From assembly GCA_964637185.1 (NCBI GenBank), contig CAZWVB010000001.1:68539-132538 (forward strand): 64,000 nt of DNA, given 5' to 3'. Position numbers and translations under genes: made by a program. The stretch is from an uncultured Candidatus Saccharibacteria bacterium. Its GTDB lineage: Bacteria > Patescibacteriota > Saccharimonadia > CAILAD01 > BJGX01. Under the pieces are notes generated by a model. It saw only the letters and a program-made list of their open reading frames with translations, made no database searches and was not told where the DNA came from. Positions 17,911 to 28,749 of the stretch are shown here, one piece after another (the stretch's first letter is position 1; every line of letters begins with the position of its first letter).

Positions 17911-18855
17911 ATGTCTCAACACGTGGACTACGATCTTGTAATTATTGGAGCTGGACCTGCTGGCATGACAGCTGGGGTATATGCTGCACGTAAACAACTC
18001 AAAACTCTCATACTGAGTCGCGATATCGGTGGCCAGGCAGCATGGAGTAGTGACATTGAGAACTATCTTGGGTTTAGTATGGTTACTGGCACTCAGCTTG
18101 TGGAAAAGTTTCACGAACATCTTGAACAGTTCAAAGACACTGTTGAGCTGCACCTTGTTACTCAAGGGGTTCAGTCGCTCAAGAAATCGGGCTCAAACTT
18201 TATATTGGTTTATGGCGACAACAAGAAAGTAGTAACATCGGCAGTGATAATTGCCGGGGGCAAACTACCGCGTGAGCTTGGCGTGAAGGGTGAGCATGAA
18301 TATTTGAATCGAGGTGTAACTTACTGTGCCTGGTGCGATGGCCCTCTATTCCGAGGTAAAGACATTGCAATCATAGGTGGGGGTAATGCTGCATTGGATG
18401 CCGCGCTCAATGTTGCTAAGATGGTTAAACAAATTTACATAGTCAATAATCTTTCCAAGCTAACAGCTGACCCAGTGATGGTAGATAAGGCCCAAGAAGC
18501 GCTCAACATAAGGATTATGAATGAAACCGAAGTGGTAGAAATCCAAGGTGACAAGCTGGTTAAAGATATAGTTATCAAACACGGTCACAGTAGCGCCAGT
18601 AAGAAACTTCCTGTCGAAGGTGTATTCGTAGAGATTGGTAGCGTACCGGCCACCAACTATCTCAGAGGAGTTGTTAAACTAAATCGCGCCGGTGAAATAG
18701 TAATTGATGAGCAGAATATGACCAACATACCTGGAGTATTCGCGGCTGGTGATATCACTACGGTACTTGAGAAGCAAATAATCACCGCTGCCGGTGAGGG
18801 CGCCAAGGCTGCTATCCAAGCCAGTCAGTATCTAGCCAAGCGAGATAATAGTTAA
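17911..18855 (+). CDS. trxB: thioredoxin-disulfide reductase
   Basis: IIGAGPAG FAD motif; CAWC redox pair; GGGNAA NADPH motif. Confidence 0.85.
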   Translation: MSQHVDYDLVIIGAGPAGMTAGVYAARKQLKTLILSRDIGGQAAWSSDIENYLGFSMVTGTQLVEKFHEHLEQFKDTVELHLVTQGVQSLKKSGSNFILVYGDNKKVVTSAVIIAGGKLPRELGVKGEHEYLNRGVTYCAWCDGPLFRGKDIAIIGGGNAALDAALNVAKMVKQIYIVNNLSKLTADPVMVDKAQEALNIRIMNETEVVEIQGDKLVKDIVIKHGHSSASKKLPVEGVFVEIGSVPATNYLRGVVKLNRAGEIVIDEQNMTNIPGVFAAGDITTVLEKQIITAAGEGAKAAIQASQYLAKRDNS

Positions 18856-18869
18856 TATAATAAAACGTC

Positions 18870-19214
18870 ATGGCACCAAAGAAACCACAACCAATCGACG
18901 GACTCGTTTTACAGCGTAAGGCTACTAAACCAACCAAGCCTGTCTCTATTACTACCAAGGCTGAGCGCCAGGCCGCGGTGGTAAGAGCAAATCAGCCCAA
19001 GAAGTCGGTGGCAAGCAGAACGGTTGATGATAAAACAACCAAGCCAGTGGCACCCAAACCAAGCCTCACGAATCCTGCGAAACCAAGTACGGATACTGTG
19101 CCTGTTGAGGCTAAGTCGTCGAAGGGCAAGTGGATTATAGTGGTAGTAGTTTCTGTAATTGTGGTGGTGGTAGTAATTGGTATATTACTGATACTATTTA
19201 ACTCGACGTTATAG
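18870..19214 (+). CDS. tail-anchored low-complexity (K/P/T-rich) protein
   Basis: C-terminal TM IIVVVVSVIVVVVVIGILLILF; hypothetical. Confidence 0.45.
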   Translation: MAPKKPQPIDGLVLQRKATKPTKPVSITTKAERQAAVVRANQPKKSVASRTVDDKTTKPVAPKPSLTNPAKPSTDTVPVEAKSSKGKWIIVVVVSVIVVVVVIGILLILFNSTL

Positions 19215-19251
19215 TAAGTTTGGTATAATTGTTACAAAAGGAGAATACATT

Positions 19252-19500
19252 ATGAGCGATACATCTGCCGATAAGGCTATTATTTATACTACCCCATGGT
19301 GTCAGTTCTGTAAGCACGTCGAAGCATATCTCGACGAGCAAAAGTTTCCGTACGAGAAGATAGATGTGTCGGCTGACCAAGCTAAGGCTCAGGAGATGAT
19401 TGATAAGTCTGGGCAAATGGGTGTGCCAGTGACTGAGATCAAAGGCGAAATAATTGTTGGCTGGGACAAACCCAAGTTTGAAACCCTATTTGCCAAGTAA
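19252..19500 (+). CDS. glutaredoxin/NrdH-like redoxin
   Basis: CQFC active site in a small thioredoxin fold; GGAG RBS. Confidence 0.7.
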   Translation: MSDTSADKAIIYTTPWCQFCKHVEAYLDEQKFPYEKIDVSADQAKAQEMIDKSGQMGVPVTEIKGEIIVGWDKPKFETLFAK

Positions 19501-19563
19501 CTCAATTTGACTAGTTGTAACATAAGAAGTTACCATAAGGACAATCTTAATTGGTAGCTATTT

Positions 19564-20583
19564 GTGTCTAAAACAAAATCAACATTGTTAGCCAAACAAC
19601 ACAAATCACATTTTCAGTGGTGGGTAGGGCTGATTGTTGTATGCGTAGTTGCTATAGCTGGAATATTAATACTGCGTTTTAGTAGGGCTAGTACGACTAC
19701 TTCTATAGCTGACTGTCAGCCCAATGCTGAAACTAGTGAAATCCTTAAGTCTACCAGGTCTAATGCCAAGTCAACACAACAGTGCATGACAATCGCGTTT
19801 TTGAATCAGTATTCAAACTATCATAAGAAGGTTGGCAATATTACAGAAGTTCAGAACAGTATTGCCAACAAGGCTACGACTAGCGCGGCACAATCGTCAG
19901 TAGGCACGGCTTCGCAAGCAATTCCAAATACGCCACTACCTGAGTGCAACGGCGGGCCAATAACTGAGCCACCCCAAGCTAAGTTCCCAGTAGTTGATGG
20001 AAGTGACGAAGCAACTTATCGTGACACTTACAAAACAATATTCTCTGAAAAACCAGGTTCCAAGATAGCTTTAACTACAAGAAACTGGCTTGGTACTACA
20101 GGCAACTGTTTCTATCAGTTTGCCCAAAGGTATTTTCCAGCAAAGTCTTACTACAATTATGCTTGGTGTGCATTATTTGTAAGCTACGCTTATGGAGTAA
20201 ATGGAACACCGATGGGGTCTTACCCAACTTTCCTTACCCAAACTGTCAATGAATTGGTGTACCTCAATCTTAATCGTTTGGTGCCAAGGTCAGTAACTAC
20301 GGATGGCGGATATGTACCAAGAGCTGGTGATATGGTAGCTTATGAGAGAAATGGTGATAACTTCTATGATCATGTAGGTATAGTTGTGTCGACTGTTGAA
20401 GATCCAGTAACCAAGCAGCGATTTGTAATATCACGTGAGGGCAATGTCAGGCTAGACCCCAACAACCCAGCTCCGTTCGTGCCAGATGGCACAAACATAG
20501 TTGGTGTGCGCTCTCATGCTCTTTCAGACCCTACGATCATTGGCTATATCAGGGCACCAGGAAATGAGCTATCAGCTCAATAG
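19564..20583 (+). CDS. signal-anchored CHAP-domain peptidoglycan amidase/peptidase
   Basis: Family leader (SKTKSTLLAKQHKSHFQWW + TM + RFSRAS). CHAP Cys (YAWCALFVSYA) and His (YDHVGIVVS). Confidence 0.7.
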   Translation: MSKTKSTLLAKQHKSHFQWWVGLIVVCVVAIAGILILRFSRASTTTSIADCQPNAETSEILKSTRSNAKSTQQCMTIAFLNQYSNYHKKVGNITEVQNSIANKATTSAAQSSVGTASQAIPNTPLPECNGGPITEPPQAKFPVVDGSDEATYRDTYKTIFSEKPGSKIALTTRNWLGTTGNCFYQFAQRYFPAKSYYNYAWCALFVSYAYGVNGTPMGSYPTFLTQTVNELVYLNLNRLVPRSVTTDGGYVPRAGDMVAYERNGDNFYDHVGIVVSTVEDPVTKQRFVISREGNVRLDPNNPAPFVPDGTNIVGVRSHALSDPTIIGYIRAPGNELSAQ

Positions 20584-20644
20584 CCATTTGACTAACATCA
20601 TTATCCAGGTTAACATAAGAATAATAGATTAATCGGTATCATCA

Positions 20645-21859
20645 ATGCCAAAAACAAAGAAAACTAAAACCAGGGTAGCTAACACGTCTACAGCCAAAAC
20701 CAAGATTCATGTCGGGTGGCTGATGGCTACTTTGTTGATTGCTGCAGTCGCCATAGTGGGCGTAGTAGTGATTAGGCTCAGCCAGGCCAGTGATAACAAA
20801 AGCATTATACTAAGGCCTTCTGATCCCAATGTCCAGGTCTGTGGCATCAATCCTTCTAGCCAGGCTCTTCACCTTTGTGCTGGTGGGTTTGCTGATACTG
20901 CTGATGGTAAAGCCTGGCGAACTAGTGTAAATGATACACTCGGTAACTTCAACTGGTTCGGGCCATACGAAAAGCTCACAGCCTGGCCGGACAACACAAC
21001 TAAGTCCGTGCAAGCCTGTGTTACATTACGTGACAATCTTCCTTATGGAATCAAGGTTCAATACGTTTTCGATATCACTGCAGACTTTGGATCACGCGTG
21101 TTGGCCACTCGTACTATCGAGGGGCAAGAGGGTGCTTTCAAGACTTCCCCCAACAGTCTAACTGTGCAGTGTTTGACGGCCAATCTTGAAGCCAAAGGGT
21201 TTCCAGCGGACTACAACAATGTTGAATATCGCATAAGAACAACACGGGGTTCAGCTGATATATTCAACATGACGCGTACTATCACCGGTACAGTTACAAG
21301 CTCGTATGTACCACCTGCTGCCAAAGAAGAAGGAATGATATGGCCAGTTAATGCCAATATTGCCAAGATGCGTGGTCCGAGTAGCCCTGGTGGCAGTGGT
21401 TGCTATGGTGCACCTCGCGCCGGTGGTAGGCGGCATCAGGGCGTGGATCTTATTGGTACCGGTAATCTACGGGTAATTAATGGTAACCTTTACAATGATC
21501 AAATCGACGTATTGGCCGCCAAGTCCGGTACAGTTGTAAACGTTAACAGTCCTGCAGACCCTAGTGGCTATGGCAACTTTATTATCATTGAACACACTCC
21601 AGGAGAGCTGTATACGCTGTATGGACACCTTAGTAGTATTTCGGTAAATGTGGGGCAACGTGTAAACCAAGGCCAGGTGATTGGTCGTACGGGTGAAGGT
21701 GGCAATGCTGGACCAATCCAACCAGGGTTTGTACACACGGGTAACCAAGTACATTTTCAGGTGCAGAATAAATACAGTGGGACTGCTGGAATACCTTTCA
21801 CCAATACCATTGATCCTTCGAGTATGATAAGCCAGCCTATCGATCGCAATGGGTGCTAG
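20645..21859 (+). CDS. signal-anchored M23 (LytM-type) metallopeptidase
   Basis: Family leader. HQGVD, GYGNFIIIEH and TLYGHL M23 motifs in the C-terminal domain. Confidence 0.8.
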   Translation: MPKTKKTKTRVANTSTAKTKIHVGWLMATLLIAAVAIVGVVVIRLSQASDNKSIILRPSDPNVQVCGINPSSQALHLCAGGFADTADGKAWRTSVNDTLGNFNWFGPYEKLTAWPDNTTKSVQACVTLRDNLPYGIKVQYVFDITADFGSRVLATRTIEGQEGAFKTSPNSLTVQCLTANLEAKGFPADYNNVEYRIRTTRGSADIFNMTRTITGTVTSSYVPPAAKEEGMIWPVNANIAKMRGPSSPGGSGCYGAPRAGGRRHQGVDLIGTGNLRVINGNLYNDQIDVLAAKSGTVVNVNSPADPSGYGNFIIIEHTPGELYTLYGHLSSISVNVGQRVNQGQVIGRTGEGGNAGPIQPGFVHTGNQVHFQVQNKYSGTAGIPFTNTIDPSSMISQPIDRNGC

Positions 21860-21885
21860 TAGTAATTTACACAATTAATCGAAAT

Positions 21886-22032
21886 AAAGGAAAATAATAA
21901 TGTCAACCAAAAAATCATCAACTTTAGCCAAGCAACAACAGCAACATTTCAAATGGTACTATGCCATCATTTTGATCGGGATCGTCGCCATAGTCGGTAT
22001 ACTTGTGTTGCGATATAGCCATGCTGGTACTA
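21886..22032 (+). repeat. tandem paralog repeat copy 1 (RBS + leader-coding region)
   Basis: About 80% nt identity to 22238-22384; encoded leaders differ at only about 6 of 44 residues. Confidence 0.8.
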
Positions 22033-22205
22033 GACCACTAGGCAAAATTACACTCTATTGTGCAAGTGGTGCATGCTACAATACCAACGCAACTGGACGA
22101 TTGTCGGAGCGGGTTGAAGTATTCGCAGATGACAGTTGCCCGAGTTATCCATATGCAATTGCAATGTCATACACCGGATACAAAAAAGCATGTGTTGGAC
22201 CGTAG
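21900..22205 (+). CDS. small Cys-rich secreted protein with family leader
   Basis: MSTKKSSTLAKQQQQHFKWYYAIILIGIVAIVGILVLRYSHAG leader; 4 Cys in the mature part. Confidence 0.5.
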   Translation: MSTKKSSTLAKQQQQHFKWYYAIILIGIVAIVGILVLRYSHAGTRPLGKITLYCASGACYNTNATGRLSERVEVFADDSCPSYPYAIAMSYTGYKKACVGP

Positions 22206-22237
22206 TATAACAACCACAATAATCTTACTAAGCCAAT

Positions 22238-22384
22238 AGGAGAAAATAATAATGCCAACCAAAAAATCATCAACCTTAGCTAAGCAACAAAAGCAACATT
22301 TCAAATGGTACTATGCAATTATACTTATTGGTATTGTTGCGATTGTGGGAATTTTATTACTGCGATTTAGTAATGCAGGTGCGG
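22238..22384 (+). repeat. tandem paralog repeat copy 2
   Basis: See copy 1. Confidence 0.8.
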
Positions 22385-22893
22385 TCAAGGAAATAGGTAT
22401 GGCTGAGAGCGATGTTAAGACTTATGTTACAGCGTCAAGAGATGGATACGCTAGTATTGGTAATCAAACTGATACGAGTTTACCAGGTACTGGAGCGCAA
22501 CAAACAGTTCGTGTTGCAAATTCTAATGCGCTGCCTACGCCAGGCTACATTTTGATGAATGTTCAATATGCAGACAAATTATCTTATACAACAACAAACG
22601 CAGTTGTAAGGTACTGCATCTATATAAGCAATACTGGTAGTTATGCGCCCAACGGAATAACCCTAGCTACATACGGTGAACAGAAGAACTTTCCAAGTGG
22701 CAGTGGTGGTTTTTTCTCTTCGGTTAGTGGATATAATATCTACTGTAAGGATGCTAAAGCATCAACACTTGGTGCCAAAAACACGCAAATTACATCAAAC
22801 TTTCAGGCATTTGCGGAGGCGTCGGTAAATGCTCCATACACAAAGCTAAAATTATGGAAGATTACCAGAGAAGTAATCGAAGCCTCTAAATAG
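22252..22893 (+). CDS. secreted protein with family leader, unknown function
   Basis: MPTKKSSTLAKQQKQHFKWYYAIILIGIVAIVGILLLRFSNAG leader. Confidence 0.55.
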   Translation: MPTKKSSTLAKQQKQHFKWYYAIILIGIVAIVGILLLRFSNAGAVKEIGMAESDVKTYVTASRDGYASIGNQTDTSLPGTGAQQTVRVANSNALPTPGYILMNVQYADKLSYTTTNAVVRYCIYISNTGSYAPNGITLATYGEQKNFPSGSGGFFSSVSGYNIYCKDAKASTLGAKNTQITSNFQAFAEASVNAPYTKLKLWKITREVIEASK

Positions 22894-22944
22894 GTACTTT
22901 AGTAGAATTTCGCTCACAGCGGAATACTACTTTATAATAGATGA

Positions 22945-24939
22945 GTGAGCTTATTTACTCTCAATTCGAAATATCCACCAGCCGGTGATCAGCCCGATGC
23001 TATCAAGACGCTTTCGGATGGTTTGTTGAAGAAGAATTTTGCCCAACAAACCCTACTTGGTATAACTGGGTCTGGTAAAACATTTACTATGGCCAATGTG
23101 GTTCAGAACTATGGCAAGCCTACACTTGTACTGAGCCACAACAAAACATTGGCAGCTCAACTATATGGCGAGTTCAAAGAGTTCTTCCCAAACAACGCTG
23201 TCCACTACTTCGTCAGCTACTTCGACTACTACCAGCCAGAGGCCTACATACCACGCTCCGATACATATATAGAGAAGGACAGTGATATCAACGAAGAGAT
23301 CGATCGGCTGCGCCACGCCGCGACAGCGGCCTTACTGAGTCGCAAAGACGTAATAATTGTGGCCTCAGTAAGTTGTATATATGGCATCGGCAACATCACT
23401 GACTACTCAGCTATGACTATCGAGCTGACCGTGGGTGAGCAGCGCAAGCGCGACAAACTGCTGCGTCAACTCAACGACATTCAGTACGAACGCAACGATA
23501 TGAGTTTTGAGCGTGGCACATTTCGGGTGCGCGGCGAGAATCTCGATATTTTTCCAATTGGCGAAGAGGTAGCGTATCGTATCCAATTCTTTGGCGACAA
23601 TGTAGATGCTATCAAGCAAATTGATTATCTGACTGGTGAAGTGGTAAGTGAGCTCAAAAACATCAAGATATTTCCTGCCAAGCACTATGTCACACCTCGC
23701 GAACAGCTCGAGAAGGCGATTGAGAAGATCAAGGTAGAGGGCGAGGAGCGCCTCGCTTGGTTTAAGAGCCAAGATCTACACCTCGAAGCCCAGCGTCTCG
23801 AGAGTAAGATCAAGTATGATATCGAGATAATGGAGCAGACCGGCTACGTCAAGGGCATCGAGAACTATGCGCGCTATCTCACTAATCGTGAGCCAGGTGA
23901 GCAGCCAGCTACACTGATGGATTACTTCCCCGATGATTTCTTGATGCTAATAGACGAGTCGCATATGACAATCCCCCAGGTAGGTGGTATGTACAATGGT
24001 GATCGAGCTCGCAAGCAAACATTGATCGATCATGGATTTCGCCTGCCTTCGGCACTCGACAATCGACCACTCACTTTTACAGAGTTTGAGCGTCATATGG
24101 GCAGAGTGGTGTATGTGTCGGCCACGCCAGCTCAATATGAGCTAGCTCGTAGCGAAGCCGTTGCCAATCAGATAATCCGACCGACCGGGCTGCTCGACCC
24201 AATTATAGAAGTGCGTGGCAGCGAGCACCAAGTAGACGATGTGATAGCTGAGATTCGTAAGCGGGTTGAGAAGCGTCAGCGTACCTTGGTAACCACACTT
24301 ACCAAGCGTATGGCTGAAGATCTCACGGAATACTTAGCGGATATGGGCATAAAGGTACAGTATTTACATAGCGATGTCGATACCTTTGAGCGAACTGACA
24401 TACTGCGTGATCTGAGGCTTGGTAAATACGATGTGCTGGTAGGCATCAACTTGTTACGTGAGGGTTTAGACCTGCCCGAAGTAAGCTTAGTGGCAATAAT
24501 AGATGCCGACAAAGAGGGCTTTTTACGTTCTGAAACATCGCTTGTTCAAACAATTGGCCGCGCCGCACGCCATCAAGAAGGTATGGTGATCATGTATGCC
24601 GACAACATGACTGGCTCTATGGAGCGAGCTATCAAGGTCACTCGTGATCGGCGTGAGGTACAAGAAACTTACAACAAAAAGCATGGTATTACTCCAAAAT
24701 CAGTAGAGAAAGCTATCGCTGAGCGCATGCACGAAGAGTCTGAGGCTGAAACTGCCGATGTGAAAGAGTTGGATGTCAAAAACATCCCCAAGGATGAGCT
24801 GGAATATCTCGAGCGTCAGCTGACTGAGCAGATGGAACTGGCTGCTGCGAACCTACAATTTGAAAAGGCCGCTGAGTTGCGTGACCAGATTGCTGAGATT
24901 GAAGATGTAATGAAGAGTAAGAAGATCAGCAAGAAATAG
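22945..24939 (+). CDS. uvrB: excinuclease ABC subunit B
   Basis: N-terminal FxLxSxYxPAGDQPxAI, helicase motifs GITGSGKT and DESH, C-terminal UVR domain. GTG start. Confidence 0.9.
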   Translation: MSLFTLNSKYPPAGDQPDAIKTLSDGLLKKNFAQQTLLGITGSGKTFTMANVVQNYGKPTLVLSHNKTLAAQLYGEFKEFFPNNAVHYFVSYFDYYQPEAYIPRSDTYIEKDSDINEEIDRLRHAATAALLSRKDVIIVASVSCIYGIGNITDYSAMTIELTVGEQRKRDKLLRQLNDIQYERNDMSFERGTFRVRGENLDIFPIGEEVAYRIQFFGDNVDAIKQIDYLTGEVVSELKNIKIFPAKHYVTPREQLEKAIEKIKVEGEERLAWFKSQDLHLEAQRLESKIKYDIEIMEQTGYVKGIENYARYLTNREPGEQPATLMDYFPDDFLMLIDESHMTIPQVGGMYNGDRARKQTLIDHGFRLPSALDNRPLTFTEFERHMGRVVYVSATPAQYELARSEAVANQIIRPTGLLDPIIEVRGSEHQVDDVIAEIRKRVEKRQRTLVTTLTKRMAEDLTEYLADMGIKVQYLHSDVDTFERTDILRDLRLGKYDVLVGINLLREGLDLPEVSLVAIIDADKEGFLRSETSLVQTIGRAARHQEGMVIMYADNMTGSMERAIKVTRDRREVQETYNKKHGITPKSVEKAIAERMHEESEAETADVKELDVKNIPKDELEYLERQLTEQMELAAANLQFEKAAELRDQIAEIEDVMKSKKISKK

Positions 24940-25302
24940 TTACTTTGGTCCGGCTTGTTCTTCTTTGAGTTGGGCTGCGATAACTAAGAATCCAGCTGCT
25001 TCACTAAGATTATTGGCATAGTGTCGTAGCTCGGCGGGCGACATAGCCGCCACTACCATACTGACATCTGCCCAGTTCTTGGCGGCTTCTACAAAACGTG
25101 CTGGGTCCACATCAGGCGCTGCCTCTGGTTGTGTTACACCTGGAACTTTGTCTATTAGCTCCGTCCCAGGGGCGGCCTGATTATTGATAACTTCTGCTCT
25201 GCCATAAGCAGTAGGAATGTCCTTCTTTGCTGCTTCGTAAGCTGCTTGCATAATACCCTCATTTGGGTTATTGGGTCCACCTACCATTGGTGCGGTTGCC
25301 AT
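24940..25302 (-). CDS. hypothetical protein
   Basis: 120-aa ORF in a coding-sparse gap between uvrB and uvrA; no motif recognised. Confidence 0.4.
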   Translation of the reverse strand: MATAPMVGGPNNPNEGIMQAAYEAAKKDIPTAYGRAEVINNQAAPGTELIDKVPGVTQPEAAPDVDPARFVEAAKNWADVSMVVAAMSPAELRHYANNLSEAAGFLVIAAQLKEEQAGPK

Positions 25303-25364
25303 TTTTTACCTCCATTACAGATTATTTATCTTATTTTACTACAAAACCACTATCGCTTATAGCC

Positions 25365-25393
25365 TTGAATAATCTTGACAGCTGAGCTACAAT
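25365..25393 (+). promoter_or_regulatory. sigma70-like promoter (TTGAAT-17-TACAAT) upstream of uvrA
   Basis: Hexamers read directly. Confidence 0.45.
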
Positions 25394-25420
25394 GGATGGG
25401 TTTTTAATCCTGATAATCTT

Positions 25421-28231
25421 ATGCATGACAAGATCAGCATCAAAGGTGCTCGTGAGCACAACCTTCGCAATATTGACCTCGACATACCACGCGACAAGTT
25501 AGTCGTAATTACTGGACTCTCTGGATCTGGCAAAAGCTCCTTGGCATTTGATACTATCTACGCCGAAGGCCAACGCCGTTATGTCGAATCACTCAGTGCT
25601 TATGCCCGACAGTTCTTGGGGCTAATGGAAAAGCCTGACGTTGACCAAATCGATGGCTTAAGCCCGGCAATCTCGATTGATCAAAAATCATCAAGCCGCA
25701 ATCCTCGCAGTACGGTTGCTACCGTTACAGAAATCTATGATTACTTGCGCTTACTGTTTGCACGTATTGGTATACCGCACGATCCCTCAACCGGTGAAGT
25801 ACTGACCAAACAAACCCCAGCTGAAATAGTAGACCAAGTACAGAATCTTCCCATGGGCAGCAAAATAGTGCTGTTGGCACCAATCGTAAAAGACAAGAAA
25901 GGTGAGCATAGCCATCTCATAAGTGAGTTACAAAAAGCCGGCTATAGTCGAGTTCGCCTCGATGGCACTATGTTACCAATCGATGAAGTACCGGAGCTGG
26001 ATCGCAACAAAAAGCACACCATCGAAGTCGTCACCGACCGTCTAGTAATCGAGAAAGACATGGGTCAGCGGTTGGTCGAGTCGGTTGAAGCTAGCTTGCA
26101 TCTAGGCGAAGGAGTCCTAATTGTACTAGATGTTGATAGCGAGGCTGAGAATCTCTACAGTGAGCATTATACTTCTGCTGGCAGTACCTACGCGCTACCA
26201 GAGATTGAGCCGCGACTGTTTAGTTTTAATTCGCCGCACGGCGCTTGTCCCACATGTACGGGCATAGGCTCGCTACTCGTGATCGATCCGCTACTACTGG
26301 TACCCAATGACAAACTGTCGATATCCGAAGGCGCTATCCGGCCTTGGAGTCGCACTACCCAGCGCCTCAATTGGTATACCAAGCTCCTCAACGCCGTCGG
26401 CAAAGCACATGGCTTTAGCATCGACGAGCCAATAGCCAATCTCGATACCAGACAGCTGGACTTTCTCTACTATGGCACTGGCGAAGAAGTCATCGAAGTA
26501 CCAGGTCCGGCTGGCCGTACATATAAGACCAAGTTTGAAGGCATCATACCCAATCTCGAACGACGCTATCGTGAGACAGACAGTGATTTTGTCAAAAAAG
26601 AAATCGAGAAATACATGGCTCAAAAAATCTGTCCTACTTGCGAGGGTAAGCGGCTCAAACCAGAAGTGCTAGCCATCACTGTTGATGACAAGTCAATCGC
26701 CGATATCGCCGAGATGACTGTCGAGCAAGCAACTAGCTACTATAGTGCGATCAAGCTAGATCCTCAACAGGCCATCATAGCCAAACAAATTCTCAAAGAA
26801 GTACAGTCAAGGCTCAAATTCCTCAACAACGTCGGACTTGGCTATCTCACCCTCAATCGTGCCGCCAATACGCTGGCCGGTGGTGAGGCACAACGCATCA
26901 GACTAGCTACACAAATCGGCTCAAGCTTGATGGGGGTGCTATATATACTAGACGAGCCATCAATTGGGTTACATCAGCGTGACAACGATCGGCTGATCGA
27001 TACGCTCAAGCGATTGCGCGACCTTGGTAATACAGTGATAGTGGTTGAGCATGACGAAGATACTATTCGGGCCGCCGACTTCGTAGCCGATATCGGCCCG
27101 CTAGCTGGAGAGCATGGTGGAGAAGTCGTGGCGGTGGGTACGCCCGAGCAAGTTGCTCGCAACAAAAACTCTCTGACAGGCCAATACCTCAGTGGCAGCA
27201 GAAAGATAGATGTACCCAAAACCAGACGGCAGCCTAGCGGCAAAACACTAAAAATAATTGGTGCTTCCGAGCACAATTTGCAAAACCTCGATGTATCAAT
27301 ACCTCTGGGAATCATGACTGTGGTAACTGGTGTGTCGGGTAGTGGTAAGTCCAGTCTCATCAACGACATATTGGCGCGCAAACTTAGCGCTGAGTATCAT
27401 CGTAGCCAGGAGCCGGTTGGCCAGCATGAAAAGATCGAGGGGATGGAGAACTTGGACAAGGTCATCGATATCGACCAGAGTCCAATTGGCCGTACGCCGC
27501 GCAGCAATCCCGCCACTTACACCGGTGCTTTCAACGACATCCGTGAGCTTTTTGCTATGGTGCCAGAAGCCAAGATCCGTGGCTACAGTGCTGGGAGATT
27601 TAGCTTCAATGTCAAAGGTGGTCGCTGTGAGACTTGCAAAGGCGACGGTATTATCAAGATCGAGATGCATTTCTTGCCAGATGTGTACGTCACATGTCAG
27701 ACCTGTCATGGCAAGCGCTACAACCGCGAAGCCTTGGAGATCACGTACAAGGGCAAAAACATCTCCGATGTACTAGAGATGACAGTCGAAGAAGCCTGTG
27801 AGTTTTTTGGCAATGTACCTACCATCAGCCGTAAGCTCGAGACGCTTAACTCAGTCGGACTTGGCTATGTCAAACTCGGCCAGCCAGCTACCACGTTGTC
27901 AGGTGGTGAGGCTCAGCGCATCAAACTAGCCAGCGAACTAAGCAAGCGTGCTACTGGCCGCACTCTCTATATATTGGATGAGCCTACGACTGGGCTGCAT
28001 TTTGAAGATGTACGCAAACTACTAGAGGTACTCAACGCTTTGGTGGCCATGGGTAACTCAATACTCATCATCGAGCACAATCTCGATGTCATCAAGTCGG
28101 CTGACTGGGTGATCGACCTGGGACCAGAAGGTGGCAGTGGTGGTGGACAGCTGGTAGGCGAGGGCACTCCTGAGCAAATTGCCAAGCTTCCCCAATCCTA
28201 CACTGGCAAATATCTCAAACGTTTGCTATAG
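25421..28231 (+). CDS. uvrA: excinuclease ABC subunit A
   Basis: Two ABC ATPase modules (GLSGSGKSS and GVSGSGKSS), zinc fingers CxxC; 936 aa. Confidence 0.95.
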   Translation: MHDKISIKGAREHNLRNIDLDIPRDKLVVITGLSGSGKSSLAFDTIYAEGQRRYVESLSAYARQFLGLMEKPDVDQIDGLSPAISIDQKSSSRNPRSTVATVTEIYDYLRLLFARIGIPHDPSTGEVLTKQTPAEIVDQVQNLPMGSKIVLLAPIVKDKKGEHSHLISELQKAGYSRVRLDGTMLPIDEVPELDRNKKHTIEVVTDRLVIEKDMGQRLVESVEASLHLGEGVLIVLDVDSEAENLYSEHYTSAGSTYALPEIEPRLFSFNSPHGACPTCTGIGSLLVIDPLLLVPNDKLSISEGAIRPWSRTTQRLNWYTKLLNAVGKAHGFSIDEPIANLDTRQLDFLYYGTGEEVIEVPGPAGRTYKTKFEGIIPNLERRYRETDSDFVKKEIEKYMAQKICPTCEGKRLKPEVLAITVDDKSIADIAEMTVEQATSYYSAIKLDPQQAIIAKQILKEVQSRLKFLNNVGLGYLTLNRAANTLAGGEAQRIRLATQIGSSLMGVLYILDEPSIGLHQRDNDRLIDTLKRLRDLGNTVIVVEHDEDTIRAADFVADIGPLAGEHGGEVVAVGTPEQVARNKNSLTGQYLSGSRKIDVPKTRRQPSGKTLKIIGASEHNLQNLDVSIPLGIMTVVTGVSGSGKSSLINDILARKLSAEYHRSQEPVGQHEKIEGMENLDKVIDIDQSPIGRTPRSNPATYTGAFNDIRELFAMVPEAKIRGYSAGRFSFNVKGGRCETCKGDGIIKIEMHFLPDVYVTCQTCHGKRYNREALEITYKGKNISDVLEMTVEEACEFFGNVPTISRKLETLNSVGLGYVKLGQPATTLSGGEAQRIKLASELSKRATGRTLYILDEPTTGLHFEDVRKLLEVLNALVAMGNSILIIEHNLDVIKSADWVIDLGPEGGSGGGQLVGEGTPEQIAKLPQSYTGKYLKRLL

Positions 28232-28237
28232 ATGGCT

Positions 28238-28279
28238 CGACCCCGATCAGATGACACATCGTGCCTCCAATCGGGGTCG
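28238..28279. other. perfect 10-bp GC stem (CGACCCCGAT/ATCGGGGTCG) with 22-nt loop between convergent genes
   Basis: No flanking U-run, so terminator function is uncertain. Confidence 0.3.
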
Positions 28280-28311
28280 TAGCCAACCGGCCGATTTCTT
28301 CAGTTGTGGGA

Positions 28312-28650
28312 TCACGCCACTCCCTCCATGGGTGGTTGGTCGCTGTTGGCCTGGCTGGCGAGCTTGCGCAGCTGACGGATGAGGGTGTCGGCTTCGCCGT
28401 GCTTGCGTCGCTCGTAGAACTCGCCGATCATGTCGTCGATGACACCACTGTTGAGCTGGTCATCCCAACTGCCGCGCAGGGCAGCTTCGATGGCATCACT
28501 CATGTCGGAGAACTCCGACGGGGAGTGCATCTTGAGCATGTAGTCGGCGATCAGCTGGTCAAGCTCAGTGAACGACTCGGCGAGATCCTTCGCCAAGTCG
28601 GCCCGCCAGTCCGGTGCGACTGCCGCGATCCACTGTTCGAAATCTTTCAT
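28312..28650 (-). CDS. small acidic hypothetical protein (GC-rich islet b)
   Basis: AAAGGAGGTGAC RBS immediately before ATG; high GC3; no recognised domain. Confidence 0.55.
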   Translation of the reverse strand: MKDFEQWIAAVAPDWRADLAKDLAESFTELDQLIADYMLKMHSPSEFSDMSDAIEAALRGSWDDQLNSGVIDDMIGEFYERRKHGEADTLIRQLRKLASQANSDQPPMEGVA

Positions 28651-28749
28651 GTCACCTCCTTTGAGGCCTCGTAGGTGCGGTTGGTCGCCCTCATTGTATA
28701 ATATATATACTAAATGTCAAGGCCTTGGAATTACGTTATAAGGTATAAT

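Noticed and set aside
26188-27776. Several 80-150-aa ORFs antisense or out of frame inside uvrA (also similar ones inside dnaE, ligA, gatA, proS, nusA)
   Set aside because: Embedded in well-supported long genes; no start signals; typical spurious ORFs.
28238-28279. uvrA terminator
   Set aside because: A 10-bp GC stem is present, but the 22-nt loop and absence of a U-run make intrinsic-terminator function doubtful; listed only as a structure.
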